Shown: piece by piece, positions 24,119 to 35,505 of the stretch
Position numbering within the stretch: the stretch's first letter is position 1
How the letters are laid out: each line of letters opens with the position of its first letter
Source: Octopus sinensis
Lineage: Eukaryota
NCBI RefSeq assembly: GCF_006345805.1
Contig: NC_043000.1
Span: 23,126,001 to 23,190,000 of the forward strand
DNA length: 64,000 bases
Reading direction: 5' to 3'
The notes under the pieces: model-generated
Databases searched by the model: none
What the model was told of the DNA's origin: nothing
The model's input: only the letters and a program-made list of their open reading frames with translations
Program-made: the position numbers and the translations under genes

Positions 24119-25608
24119 TGACTGGAAACTGATTGGCTTGGCTTCTTTGTCATGTCCTGCCACTCCAGACCTGTCAACTTCATCATCGTATCCTGTTTTA
24201 TCAAATTTACAGTCATCATGTCCTATCACTCTGGCTCCGTTAACTTTGTCATTGTGTCCTGTTTTGTCGAATTTACAGTCATCACACCAAGCTACACAAG
24301 GCTCCACCACCTCACCAGTTGTTTCTTCCAGTCTGGATGATGACTCAGAGAGTGAGTATTTTCCTAGTTCAGACTCAGCGATGATGATATTCCAGTTAAT
24401 CAAAGGTACAGGCAGGCAGCAGTGAATGGTCCTGGACAACAGAATACCATGCGGTGACTGAGAGATAATTTTGTCGGATGGCATGGGTTTACTGGTATGC
24501 TTGGCATAAAGGCAAACCTTGAACATGGAAGCTCACCATTGGAAATCTTCCATGAGTTTTTAATGGATGAAATATTCCAGTATATAGCGGACGAAACAAA
24601 TGACTATGTTGGAAACCATCCCCAGCATGTCATACCTGGGCATGGTGGTGATTAGTTTCCAACCACAAGGGACGAAATCAAAGTTGTGCTTGCCCTGCTG
24701 ATTCTGATGGGCATTGTGAAGAAACTGACCCTGGTATCATATTGGAATTAGGATCCAGCCACATTGACACCTTTATTTCCAGAAACAATGCCACATGATC
24801 AATTTTTGGCACTTCTTTGAAATCTATATTTCAACTCAAGCAAACCAGGATGACACACTGCACAAAATAATCTTATCATTGACAAAGTGGCTGAAAATTT
24901 CAGAACAGTGTATGTCCCCACACAGGACATTTGCATGGATGAGAATTTGTGGAAATTCAAGGAAAAGCTCCGATTCAAACAATACAACATGACTAAGCAT
25001 GCCCACTTTGAAGTCAAGATTTATAGAGTATGCCAATCAACTGGCAGAGCCTGTGGGTACACATGGAATTACAAATTCTACACTGGTCAGGACAGACTGG
25101 AGCTTCCAGCATCTACTCTAGCATCAACTGATGTATTGTCGCTGAATGAAAACTGGTTTGACAAAGGCTACAATATTTATACGGACAACTGGTTTTCCAG
25201 TCCAGACCTCTTCTTGCAACTGCAGGCGAGGAGGAATAATGCCTGTGGGACTGTGAGGACACAGGAAAAACATGCTACCCAATCATCTCAAAATAAAACT
25301 TTGAAAGGAGGAAACAGTATACTGATGCACGATAGTAGCATTCTCACTCTAGTGTGGCATGACAAGAAAAACATCTGCATATTATCCACAATGCATTGTC
25401 AGTCTCTCTCCTTACTGCATGTTGAAGGGATATGGACATTTCCCATAACTGTTTCCCACCACCACCAAGAAGACAAATGCTTCAAAGAGATGCACAGTAT
25501 GTAAAGTAAAGGAAAATGTAAGAAACCAGATACCATTGTTCACGATGTGATATGCCACTGAGTGTTGTACCTTCTTTTGATCTCTACCACACTGAAGTCA
25601 ATTTTTGA
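24119..25608 (+). pseudogene. Decayed piggyBac (PGBD4-like, DDE_Tnp_1_7) transposase in the host gene's last intron
   Basis: ORF 24887-25504 has DICMDENLWKFK, FKQY...K...VKIY and YTDNWFSS, GTVR, WHDKK motifs. Upstream frames give EIKVVLALLILMGIVKK; the C-terminal Cys-rich remnant reads TRYHCSRCDMPLSVVPSFDLYHT. There are stops and frameshifts, the third catalytic Asp region is missing, and no clear TIRs were found. Confidence 0.9.
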
Positions 25609-26599
25609 ATTCACATGATTGTAAATGCATGAAGTTGATCTGACTTGTGCTGTCAAGTGATCTTATTCAGGAATGATATTGCATGAGTGTCCTGCATGGG
25701 GATACAGTTTAGGTAAATAAACAGTACTTGCACCAAAGCGGTTGACATAAATATGTGCCAAACATTATCTCACATTGAGTGCTGACCTTAATCAGCGCGA
25801 TTGCCGTTGTCATGTGCAGGCAACTGAATGAATCACTGCCATAAACTGGTTAATAAAGCGTTCCATCAACAATCTGAATTCACAACTTCCTGTAGACCTA
25901 GATTTTGATAAAAACATCCATTGCCACACCCATCTTTATTTTGATTAATTCTATTATACCTAGAGAGCTTTATAGTGTTAACATATCAATACAATTATCT
26001 ATTTTGCAATTATTATTTTATTTTTGCTTCTTGCTCCATAAACCACTCCTATTTCTCCTTACATTTTCCAAACCAAACCAAGTCTCACTATTTCTCCTTA
26101 CATTCTCTGAACCAAACTAAGTCCCACCATTTCCCACACTTCTATCCTCAACTCTACTGTCTGCACTCTTTCACACTCCCATGAGCCTACATTACCCACC
26201 CTGCCACCCTTGGTTCTCTTGCTCTACCCCCACCCACATCATCATCATCATCATCATCATCATTCAACATCCATTTTCCATGCTGACACAAGTTGGACAG
26301 TTTGACAGGAGCTGGGAAGCCAGAGAGCTGCACCAGGCTTCAGTTGTTAGTTTTGGCATGTTTTCTACAGTTGGATGCCCTTCCTAGCACTAACCACTTT
26401 CCAGAGTATATTGGGTGCTTTTTACGTGGCACCAGCACAGGTGCTTTTTATATGACACCGACACAGGTGATTTTTACATAGCACTGGTACGCACTAAAAC
26501 AACTGACAAATCCCAGATAATCCCTTTTTACTCATTATCATGTTATTTTGTTATATTAGATGTGCTATAACATATTTTATTATATTATGTTATTATATT

Positions 26600-26905
26600 G
26601 GAGGCACAATGGCCCAGTGGTTAGGGCAGCGGACTCGCGGTCGGAGGATCGCGGTTTCGATTCTGAGACCGGGCATTGTATGTGTTATTGTGCGAAAACA
26701 CATAAAGCTCCACAAGGCTCCAGCAGGGGGTGGTGGCGACACCTGTTGTACTCTTTCACACCAACTTTTTCTCACTCTTTCTTCCTGTTTCTTGAGTAAC
26801 GCTGCGATGGACTGGCGTTCTGTCCAGCTGGGGGGAACACATACGCCACAGAAACCAGGAAACTGGGCCCATGAGCCTGGCTAGAATTGAAAAGGGCACA
26901 TAAAA
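26600..26905 (+). mobile_element. SINE family B (GGAGGCGCAATGGCCCAGTGGTTAG tRNA-like head). Representative
   Basis: A/B-box-like head. Related copies at 8304-8545, 17772-18020, 55780-55975 and 58858-59170 (+); 7022-7360, 23190-23790 and 31676-32056 (-). Confidence 0.8.
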
Positions 26906-27065
26906 AAATAATGTTATTATATTATTATTATTATATTATATCATGTTATTATATTATTATATCATGTTATTTTGTTATATTAGATGTGTTATACTATATA
27001 CTCTCTTCCCCACTGAAGAAAGTGGTCTTTGAATTTTACATCAAGTATCCAATTTTATATTTCAG

Positions 27066-27138
27066 ATTTGCTACACTGAAATTTCCAGCACCATACATTC
27101 CTGAAGCAGTTGTTTCCGATTCTGAAATAATTAATTAG
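27066..27138 (+). CDS. Probable terminal coding exon (FATLKFPAPYIPEAVVSDSEIIN*)
   Basis: aattttatatttcag acceptor in phase 2 continues the frame to TAG at 27136-27138. Followed by ~0.9 kb of repeat-free, UTR-like sequence with AATAAA near 28010 and 28028. Confidence 0.6.
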
Positions 27139-28794
27139 CTGGGAAACCTTTATTCTGTCCAAATCTTAGTTTCAAAAAATATATCATTTAAGTGCAACTC
27201 TCATTTTGGAACTGATTGTCTGCCAAAATATTAAGATTGTGGTTATTCCTACTAAACTGTCATCTTCACAATGTTTCATTATTACTAATTCCATTATTAT
27301 CTTGTGAAATAGACTGGCTGTTTATAATTATATGCTATGGTACCCTATACATTGGACCACAATAATTAACCATGATATTAGATCTGGTTCTTTCTCAAAT
27401 TATGCCTTTGCAATGATATGGATTTTTCCACCATGACTGGGATTTCCGTTATGAGCAAATGTGCCTTAATGTAAATTTTGTCAACTGTATCACAATTATC
27501 AAAAATAACGGAATAGAAGTCTCTGAATTTAATCAGAGACTTTCTATTACTGCAGCGACAGAACCAAGCATCTGTTACACACCTGAAGAAATAGCTCTGA
27601 AGAGAAGGTAACTTAATGGATTATGATAAATTATTTAAAGCAGGAACCAGGTAATACCCTTCCAGTTTTAACATCACAATCATCTTAGAAAAGTGACTGA
27701 TGATCTTGAAATTTCTTTGGGTACAAGTTATAAAACAGATAGCATGACCTTCATAAATTGCAAAATAAACATCCTCACTCTTACCCTTTCTCTGAAAATA
27801 TTCTGTAATGCAAGATGTCAAAGTAGTATTTAGTATTTTATTGTCACACTTCATCTTAGGATCATTGCTGGTTTCGTTTGTATCCGAGAGATTTGGTGAG
27901 ATGTTTCAAACTGGCTCATCTATGCAGTTAATGATAACAGGAACCCAAGTACAAGGTGCTTAGCTATCAAAGTATGGCTTAGGAATGGCCAGCCAGTAAA
28001 ATTACTATGAATAAAACAGTATAAGCAAATAAAGTTGCTCCTATTTTGTAAAAAAAAAGTCTTCTTTCTCCTTTCAATTTTTTCTTATAATTTATGTGTC
28101 TCTGCAGACGTGGCTGTGTGGTTAAGAAGTTTTCTTTTGAATCACATGATTTGGGGTTCAGTCCTACTGTGTGTCTCTTTAGGTAAGCATCTTTCTCTAG
28201 CCCCAGAATGGACATGGCAAGCAGAAACTGAAAGAAGCCCATTGTATATGTGTATGTGTGTCCTTGTCTTGATATCATGACATTTGTAAATGAGTGTCAC
28301 TGTCAAACAAGCAGTGTCATTCATTTCCAGTATTCTGTGGAAGCATGTCTGGCCATGGGAAAATATTGCCTTGCTTGAAAAAAGATGGACATTGAAACAG
28401 GAAGGGCATCCAGCCACAGACAATCTACCTCAGTAAATTCTATTCAACCCATACAAAAATAGAAGACATTAAAATGATGATGATGCTGGTGGTGATGGTG
28501 CTGATGATGATCATCATCATCCTCAGTACTTAACAGGTACTTTATTTTATCAACTGCCAAAGTGACACAGTTGACCGTGACAGTATTTGAACTCAGAACA
28601 GAAAGAGTTAAAAGAAATGCCAGTAAGCATTTTCTGCCTCATGCTAACAATTTTGCCAGCTTGACAGCTTATTATTAATAATAATAATAATAAAAAATAA
28701 TAATTTCTTACTGAGGCACAGCAACAAATGTTAAGAGAGGAGAGCTGTTGATTTAATGAAACTCAGGACTTGACTGATATTTTGTTTTAATGGT

Positions 28795-29420
28795 ATATAT
28801 CATCATCATCATCATCATCGTTTAATGTCCGCTTTCCATGCTGGCATGAGTTGGACAATTTGACTGAGGACTGGTGAAACAGAAGGCTGCTCCAGGCTCC
28901 AATCTCATCTGGCAGAGTTTCTACAGCTGGATGCCCTTCCTAATGCCAACCACTCCCAAGAGTGTAGTGGGTGCTTTTATGTTCCACCAGCGGTACTGGC
29001 AATGGCCACACTCAAATGGTGTTTTTTACATGCCTCCTGCACAGGAGCCAGTCCAGCGGGCAACGACCTCACTCAAATGGTTTTTTCACATGCCACCGGC
29101 ACAAGTGCCAGTAAGGCAACGCTGGTAATGATCACGCTCGAATGGTGCTTTTTATGTGCCACCGGCACAGAAGCCAGTTTGCTGCTCTGGCAATGCTCAC
29201 GCTCGAATGGTGCTTTTTGCGTGCCACCAGCAGTTTGCTGCTCTGGCAATGATCATGCTTGGATGGTGCCCTTAGCACTCCACTAGCACGGATCCAGTCA
29301 TCGAATTTGATTTTGATTTCACTTGCCTCAACAGGTCTTCACAAGCAGAGCTTAGTGTCCAATGAAGGAAAGATATGCATAAGTGGGCTGGTTACACCCC
29401 TGGCATAGGCCACGAGGATG
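28795..29420 (-). mobile_element. Family D (GAT)n-tailed retroposon with internal tandem ...aaaagcaccat... subrepeats. Representative; at least 12 copies
   Basis: catcatcgtttaacgtccgctttccatgct... copies at ~13480, 15615, 18765, 51625, 52145 and 58020 (-); ~4130, 18490, 30385, 50088, 53740 and 56765 (+). Confidence 0.8.
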
Positions 29421-29656
29421 TATAAGGGTTTGTGTCAGAGTGTCTGTATTTCCCCTCATGTTCATATGTGTTCACTGGATGTAAATAAAAACCCGTTCAT
29501 GCAGATAGTGTCATATTCCTGTTTATGTGTCTGGACATATTTTTTGTGATCTTTGTAAACAAAAAGCTCATTCAGATACTGTAAGTTGTTTCCAGCTCTC
29601 TATGTAACCGTGTCTGAGTTGTTCATTGTTCAGTACATTAGGAGGTATTATTTGAA

Positions 29657-29886
29657 GGCGATGAGCTGGCAGAATCATTAGCATGCTGGGAAAAATGCTT
29701 AGTGGTATTTCGTCTTCCCTTACGTTCTGAGTTCAAATTCCGCCAAGGTCGACTTTGCCTTTCATCTTTCCGGGGTCAATTAAATGAGTACCAGTTACAC
29801 ACTGGGCTTGATATAATCGACTTAATCCGTTTATCTGTCCTTGTTTGTCCTCTCTGTGTTTAGCCCCTTGTGGGTAGTAAAGAAAT
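29657..29886 (+). mobile_element. SINE family E
   Basis: 14-bp TSD AGGTATTATTTGAA (29643-29656 / 29887-29900). Confidence 0.85.
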
Positions 29887-30107
29887 AGGTATTATTTGAA
29901 AACAATTGAATGTTGGTGTCTGGAAGGGCATCCAGCTGTAGAAAACTCAGCCCCTTATGTAGTATTATCTGACTAAGGCAAACATGGAAGAATAGACATT
30001 GAAATGGTCATTTCAAAAGGGTGAAAGACAAAGTCGACTTAGCAGGATTTCAACTCAGAATATAAAGTGACCGGGTATCACAATTACAATTCCATTTGAT
30101 TTTTATC

Positions 30108-30380
30108 AACTCACAACAGATGACTCACAACAGAGGACTAACAACAACAGGGGACTCACAACAGATGACTCACAACAGAAGACTTCCAACAGATGACTAT
30201 TCACAAAAGATGACTACTCACAACAGTTGACTCACAACAGATGACTACTCACAACAGATGATTACTTACAACAGATGACTACTCACAACAGAACTACTCA
30301 CAACAGATGACTCACAACAGATGACTACTCACAACAGATGACTCACAACAGATGACTCACAGCAGATGACTCACAACAAG
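30108..30380. repeat. Minisatellite of 14/17-bp units (ATGACTCACAACAG / ATGACTACTCACAACAG)
   Basis: About 18 tandem units read directly. Confidence 0.9.
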
Positions 30381-31071
30381 TAAGCACTGCAGATCGTGGG
30401 ATGACCTGCTGTGCTTGAGGAGACCTATTGAGTCAAGTACATCAACATCAAATAAATATCAAATGGAAATTGTAGTTGTGATACCTGTGCCAGTGGCACG
30501 TAAAAAGCACCATCTGAATGTGGCCGATGCCAGCGCTGCCTTGTCTGGCTTCTGTGCTGGTGGCACGTAAATAGCACCAACCAATCGTGACCGCTGCCAG
30601 CCTCTCCTGGCATGTAAAAAGCACCCACTACACTCACGGAGTGGTTGGCGTTGGGAAGTGCATCCAGCTGTAGAAACACTGCCATATCAGACTGGAGTCT
30701 GGTGCAGTCTCCTGGCTTCCCAGACCCCAGTTGAACCATCCAACCCGTGCCAGCATGGAAAACGTACGTTAAACGATAATGATGATGATGATTAAGATAC
30801 TTATTTTGACTATTTGCCCTCCCTATTCCCCCATCCCATCCACCACCATCCAGCCAATCATAACATCAACAATGATTTCTAATATGACCAAGCTGTCACA
30901 TATTTGGGTAGAGTATATAAACTCCAATACTTTACTGGTATTTCATTTTGAATGATCTCCAAAATGGATGCAAAGTAAAGGCTGGTGAGATTTGAACTCA
31001 GAACCCAAAATGACATTATGACATACCAGAAGGTATAATGCAGTATTCTGTGTTCTATCACAACCTCCACT

Positions 31072-31299
31072 TTAACCCTTTAGTGTTTAAACCGGCCATA
31101 TCTGGCCCAGATATTCTGCGTGTTTTACATTCAAACGGGTGATATCTAGCCTCTCACACCTAACCTACATTGATATTCTAAAAACAAACAATCACATCAT
31201 TGAAACCTCAAAGCTATAAGATAATGTATGATTAATTCAAAACAATTTGAGTGAAAAATTATTACATTTAACAGAGTAATCTGAACACTAAAGGGTTAA
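31072..31299. mobile_element. piggyBac-type TTAA MITE, complete
   Basis: TTAACCCTTTAGTGTT ... AACACTAAAGGGTTAA, a perfect 16-bp terminal inverted match including TTAA. Confidence 0.9.
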
Positions 31300-31675
31300 G
31301 TTGGCAATCAAGATTATCTTTTTGGCATTAATATTGCTTCTCTTGCTATTAATTATCTTTTAATATGCCCACTGGCTATTTGCAACACCAGTGCCTGAAT
31401 AGAAACTGAGATTTTATAAATCACTGATAGAAGATTCAGCTGTTATGACGCTGCTGGACATCTGCCACTGAGGAACCCATAGCAGGTTGAAATCATATGA
31501 TCGTCAGTTCTGGCAGCCATAGCAGATTATTATTATCTGTCAACTACATAAGATTGCCTTTATGTACCACAAGTCCTTAGAAGAGATTTTCTCAAGCTAA
31601 ATGATGCAGTATTCTGTGTTTTAACACAACTTCAACATTCAGTTGGAGATCAAGGTTACGTTTTAGTATTAGGAG

Positions 31676-32056
31676 GAAGCACTCCGTCGGTTACGACGAC
31701 GAGGGTTCCGGTTGATCCGAATCAACGGAACAGCCTGCTCGTGAAATTAACGTGTAAGTGGCTGAGCACTCCACAGACACGTGTACCCTTAACGTAGTTC
31801 TCGGGGATATTCAGCGTGACACAGAGAGTGACAAGGCCGGCCCTTTGAAATACAGGTACAACAGAAACAGGAAGTAAGAGTGAGAGAAAGTTGTGGTGAA
31901 AGAGTACAGCAGGGATCACCACCATCCCCTGCCGGAGCCTTGTAGAGCTTAGGTGTTTTCGCCCAATAAACACTCACAACGCCCAGTCTGGGAATCGAAA
32001 CCGCGATCCTATGACCGCGAGTCCGCTGCCCTAACCACTAGGCCATTGCGCCTCCT
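31676..32056 (-). mobile_element. SINE family B, CpG-rich (probably young) copy
   Basis: Reverse complement of the family B head and body. Confidence 0.8.
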
Positions 32057-32155
32057 ACGTTTTGGTATTAATACTGCTTTTGTCTCTATTAGTTATACCA
32101 GGAGGTATTTTGTCTACCAGTCTCCCAATTCTCCACCATCAATGAACAATTGGTG

Positions 32156-32760
32156 CAGGAGTGGCTGTGTGGTAGGTAGCTTGCTTACCAACCACATGGT
32201 TCCAGGTTCAGTCCCACTACATGGCACCTTGGGCAAGTGTCTTCTACTATAGCCCCAGGCCGACCAAAGCCTTGTGAGTGGATTTGGTAGACGGAAACTG
32301 AAAGAAGTCCATCATATATATATATATATTTGTGTGTCTGTGTTTGTCCCCCCAACATCGCTTGACAACCGATGGTGGTGTGTTTACGTCCCCATAACTT
32401 AGCGGTTCGGCAAAAGAGACCAATAGAATAAGTACTAGGCTTACCAAGAATAAGTCCTGGGGTCGATTTGCTCGACTAAAGGCGGTGCTCCAGCATGGCC
32501 ACAGTCAAATGACTGAAACAAGTAAAAGAGTATATATATGTCTGTGTGTCTGTGTTTACGTCCCTGTAACTTAGCGGTTCAGCAAAAGAGATCATTCATC
32601 ATCATCATTTTCATTTAGCGTCCGCTTTCCATGCTAGCATGGGTTGATAGAATAAATACTAGGCTTACAAAGAATGAGTCCTGGGGTTGATTTGCTCGAC
32701 TAAAGGTGATGCTCCAGTATGGCCGCAGTCAAATGACTGAAACAAGTAAAAGAGTAAAGA
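32156..32760 (+). mobile_element. SINE family A full copy plus partial tandem 3' duplicate
   Basis: Head-to-tail match to 11563-11986; second 3' half at ~32535-32760. Confidence 0.85.
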
Positions 32761-35409
32761 GATATGTGAGATTCCACCAGTTGTTGCAAGTTTTACATTG
32801 AGAGTTCAACATTAAACACAAAGTAACCACACAGCTTTCTAATATTTTTTTCTCATGCACAAGAATATTTTATTATTAGAAGGTCAAACAGCCTATTAAT
32901 GGAAACAATATATTACTGTGACTAATACTAAATTATACTACTCTAGTTTCACTGATAAAAAATAAGGTTGATATCAGAAGAATTTAAACTCAAATCATAA
33001 AGGAATGAAACTTACTTAGAATAATGATGATTAGAACAAAGTCACAAATAATGAGAAAAATTTAATCAGGCTAATTAAATTTTATTGACTCCAGGTGGAT
33101 GAAAGAGAAAAATCAACCTCAGTAGAATTTGAAATCATACTCTAAATATCTAGATATGGCAAGATTTTTGCCTAGTGCCCTACAGATTTTGCCTATCCCC
33201 TTAGCTTGTTTTCACTTTTTACACAGCACAAATACAATTTTAGAAAGTTAATTCTTCAAGCTTTTCTAAAGAATTTGCAATTTGATACATCTGTATATAA
33301 TTAAATCTAACTTAATGTAGCCAGTGCAGAAAACTTTTTCAATTAATTGAAATTTCACTCGTGATGATGAGGAGAAAAGATATTACCGTTAATGACAATT
33401 CTTGATAATGAATGCAAGGGAGAGGACTTCATATTAAATAGAGTATGCAGTGTAAAGTGATTATGATCTTTGGTAGTTATGGAAACAACTCTAGCCACCG
33501 TAACTACCAAAGAATATTGGTCTTAGATCTTCTTAGTAAAACTGTCTAACGCATAACTGCTAGGCTGTAGATCGACTTTTAGCTTTTTCGTAAAAATGAT
33601 TCACTGATGATGCAATTTAGCGTCTATAACCGGTTATCTCGAAACTAGAGTCACGAGAACAAAAATAGATTTTTAGATCAAATGAATTCTTTATATTCGA
33701 TATCTAATTTGGGTCTGAGGGAAACGCTATAGGCAAGGGATATGTTTTAATATAAGCAGATGTTGTATTGCTGGATCGGCTCTTTGTTCTGAAGATACCT
33801 TCGAGAAGGGTATAGGCGCCATAGTTTCGCATTTTCTCAAACTAATTTTTTGTCTTTTCTCGATAAACATCAGTATATCTAAATTGAACTTGAGTATCAA
33901 CCACAATTGACTAAAGTAAACAATGTTTAATACTTCAACAATACTGAAGTATTTGATAACAAAAAGTGGAGCTTCTCTTTTTATGTTATAAAAGGGGGTA
34001 CAAGCGATATCTCAAACGCTGCTACATCCCCCACTCCTCGCCCCTATACTTTTAACTAGTTCTACTTTTTAACCTTGTTTTCATGTCAGATAGACGCATT
34101 CCTGCATAACAAAGTAGTGAGTCATAATGACAGTTAGTACAATGAATATAACATAGGGGATTTATATTCCTTTCATTTAATCAACTCGTTCCCTGCTCTA
34201 CTTATACGTGTATTTAACTATAATCTTGTATATCCAAGAAAATGGATAAAAAGAAAGAAAATTATCGTTAGTATTTGTTTAACCTCACTCCACAACTCAC
34301 TCGCAGGCATTATACGAGATTTGTTATTTACTGCTACTCAGATTTTGCTTTCGTTTTTGATATTCTTTATAATTTGATAGAGCTTATGAAATAAACATGG
34401 CTGCCAAGACATTGTTACAAAGTAATTCCATTTTTTGCCTTCTTTGACCTTGTTGGTCTTAATGTCACAACATCCCGTTTGATTTCCCATACAAATATGA
34501 AACATTGTACCTGAGTAAGAAATCAATATAACGACGAACACCATGAAGCAGAGGCAAGCTTCCAACAAACCAAATCTGTAATCTCGTTCTTATTGCCAAT
34601 TGTAGCAATTTAACTTCTCTTTCATCTATAATATCTTTGAGAAAAGTATGAATGCCAAACCATCTCATTTACCTTTTCCTTGTAAAGCTTCATTCACATG
34701 TAATAAATCAATATTATAGAGTCAGCGCTTTACAAGCCCACGACCTACTTTCTACTCCGCGTACGGCCATTTCGTATCACTACATCGTTTATATCATGAC
34801 ATGCATAAATATCCAAATTGTTCTTTTCCTTCCCTATGAAATCGTCAGTTTCATACCGTTCCAGGAAACAAATATTAAAAACATCTCTTAGAAAAATATT
34901 TGCTATGTTCAAATATGCTGAGGTAGCCATTAAAAAAAAAGGGGGGGTAGCTAGGTTCAAGAATATGATTCCGAACTGAGTTCTTGTCTTTAAAAGAAAA
35001 TAAGCTTCTAGCAAAATCAAACAATAGACACGAAATATTACTCTTTCTTTCCCTGTAACTAATGCAAAATTACATGTTTTGGGTTGTAATAAAACATTCA
35101 AATGGCAATCTATTTTGTTATTAAAAATTTATCTTCAACACTTCCTTTCATACATTTTCGTTTATTCTCTGTGTATTTCAGAAAATGCCAAAGACGATAA
35201 CCATTTGGCATTTAAAATAATGGTGAATGTTACTAATGTAAATACAGAAAAAATAATTGATGGTATCTGACTATTGAAAAGAATCTGTAGATGGTGTGTT
35301 CCAAAGATGGAACGAAGAGATAAATAGAAAGATGGAATGAAAAAGAAATAGTATTTGATAACGATATAGTGCGGAAGAAGAGAAGAAGTGGGAGGGAATT
35401 GAAAACTAT

Positions 35410-35505
35410 GGTAGGCATGCGCTCACTGCCATACTATTAGCATTGTTAACGTTGCCATGGTTACAGTAAATTAGATAGCAATAGCTTGCAAATATTATGG
35501 CGGCA
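35410..35505. promoter_or_regulatory. Candidate promoter motif cluster: RFX X-box-like, NRF1-like and YY1-like
   Basis: GTTGCCATGGTTAC (35451-35464), GCATGCGC (~35415) and ATGGCGGC (~35497) inside a transposon-poor, CpG-retaining block. Confidence 0.4.

Noticed and set aside
24023-24526. 167-aa minus-strand ORF with GHDDCKFDKTG repeats
   Set aside because: Antisense shadow of the piggyBac N-terminal 66-bp repeat.
27378-27905. Open frames in the putative 3' UTR (plus: ...CYTPEEIALKRR|gtaact; minus: 27621-27854 and 27378-27620)
   Set aside because: No acceptor gives the right phase for the + frame except a weak GAG, and the minus frames are bounded by stops without usable splice sites. Treated as UTR.
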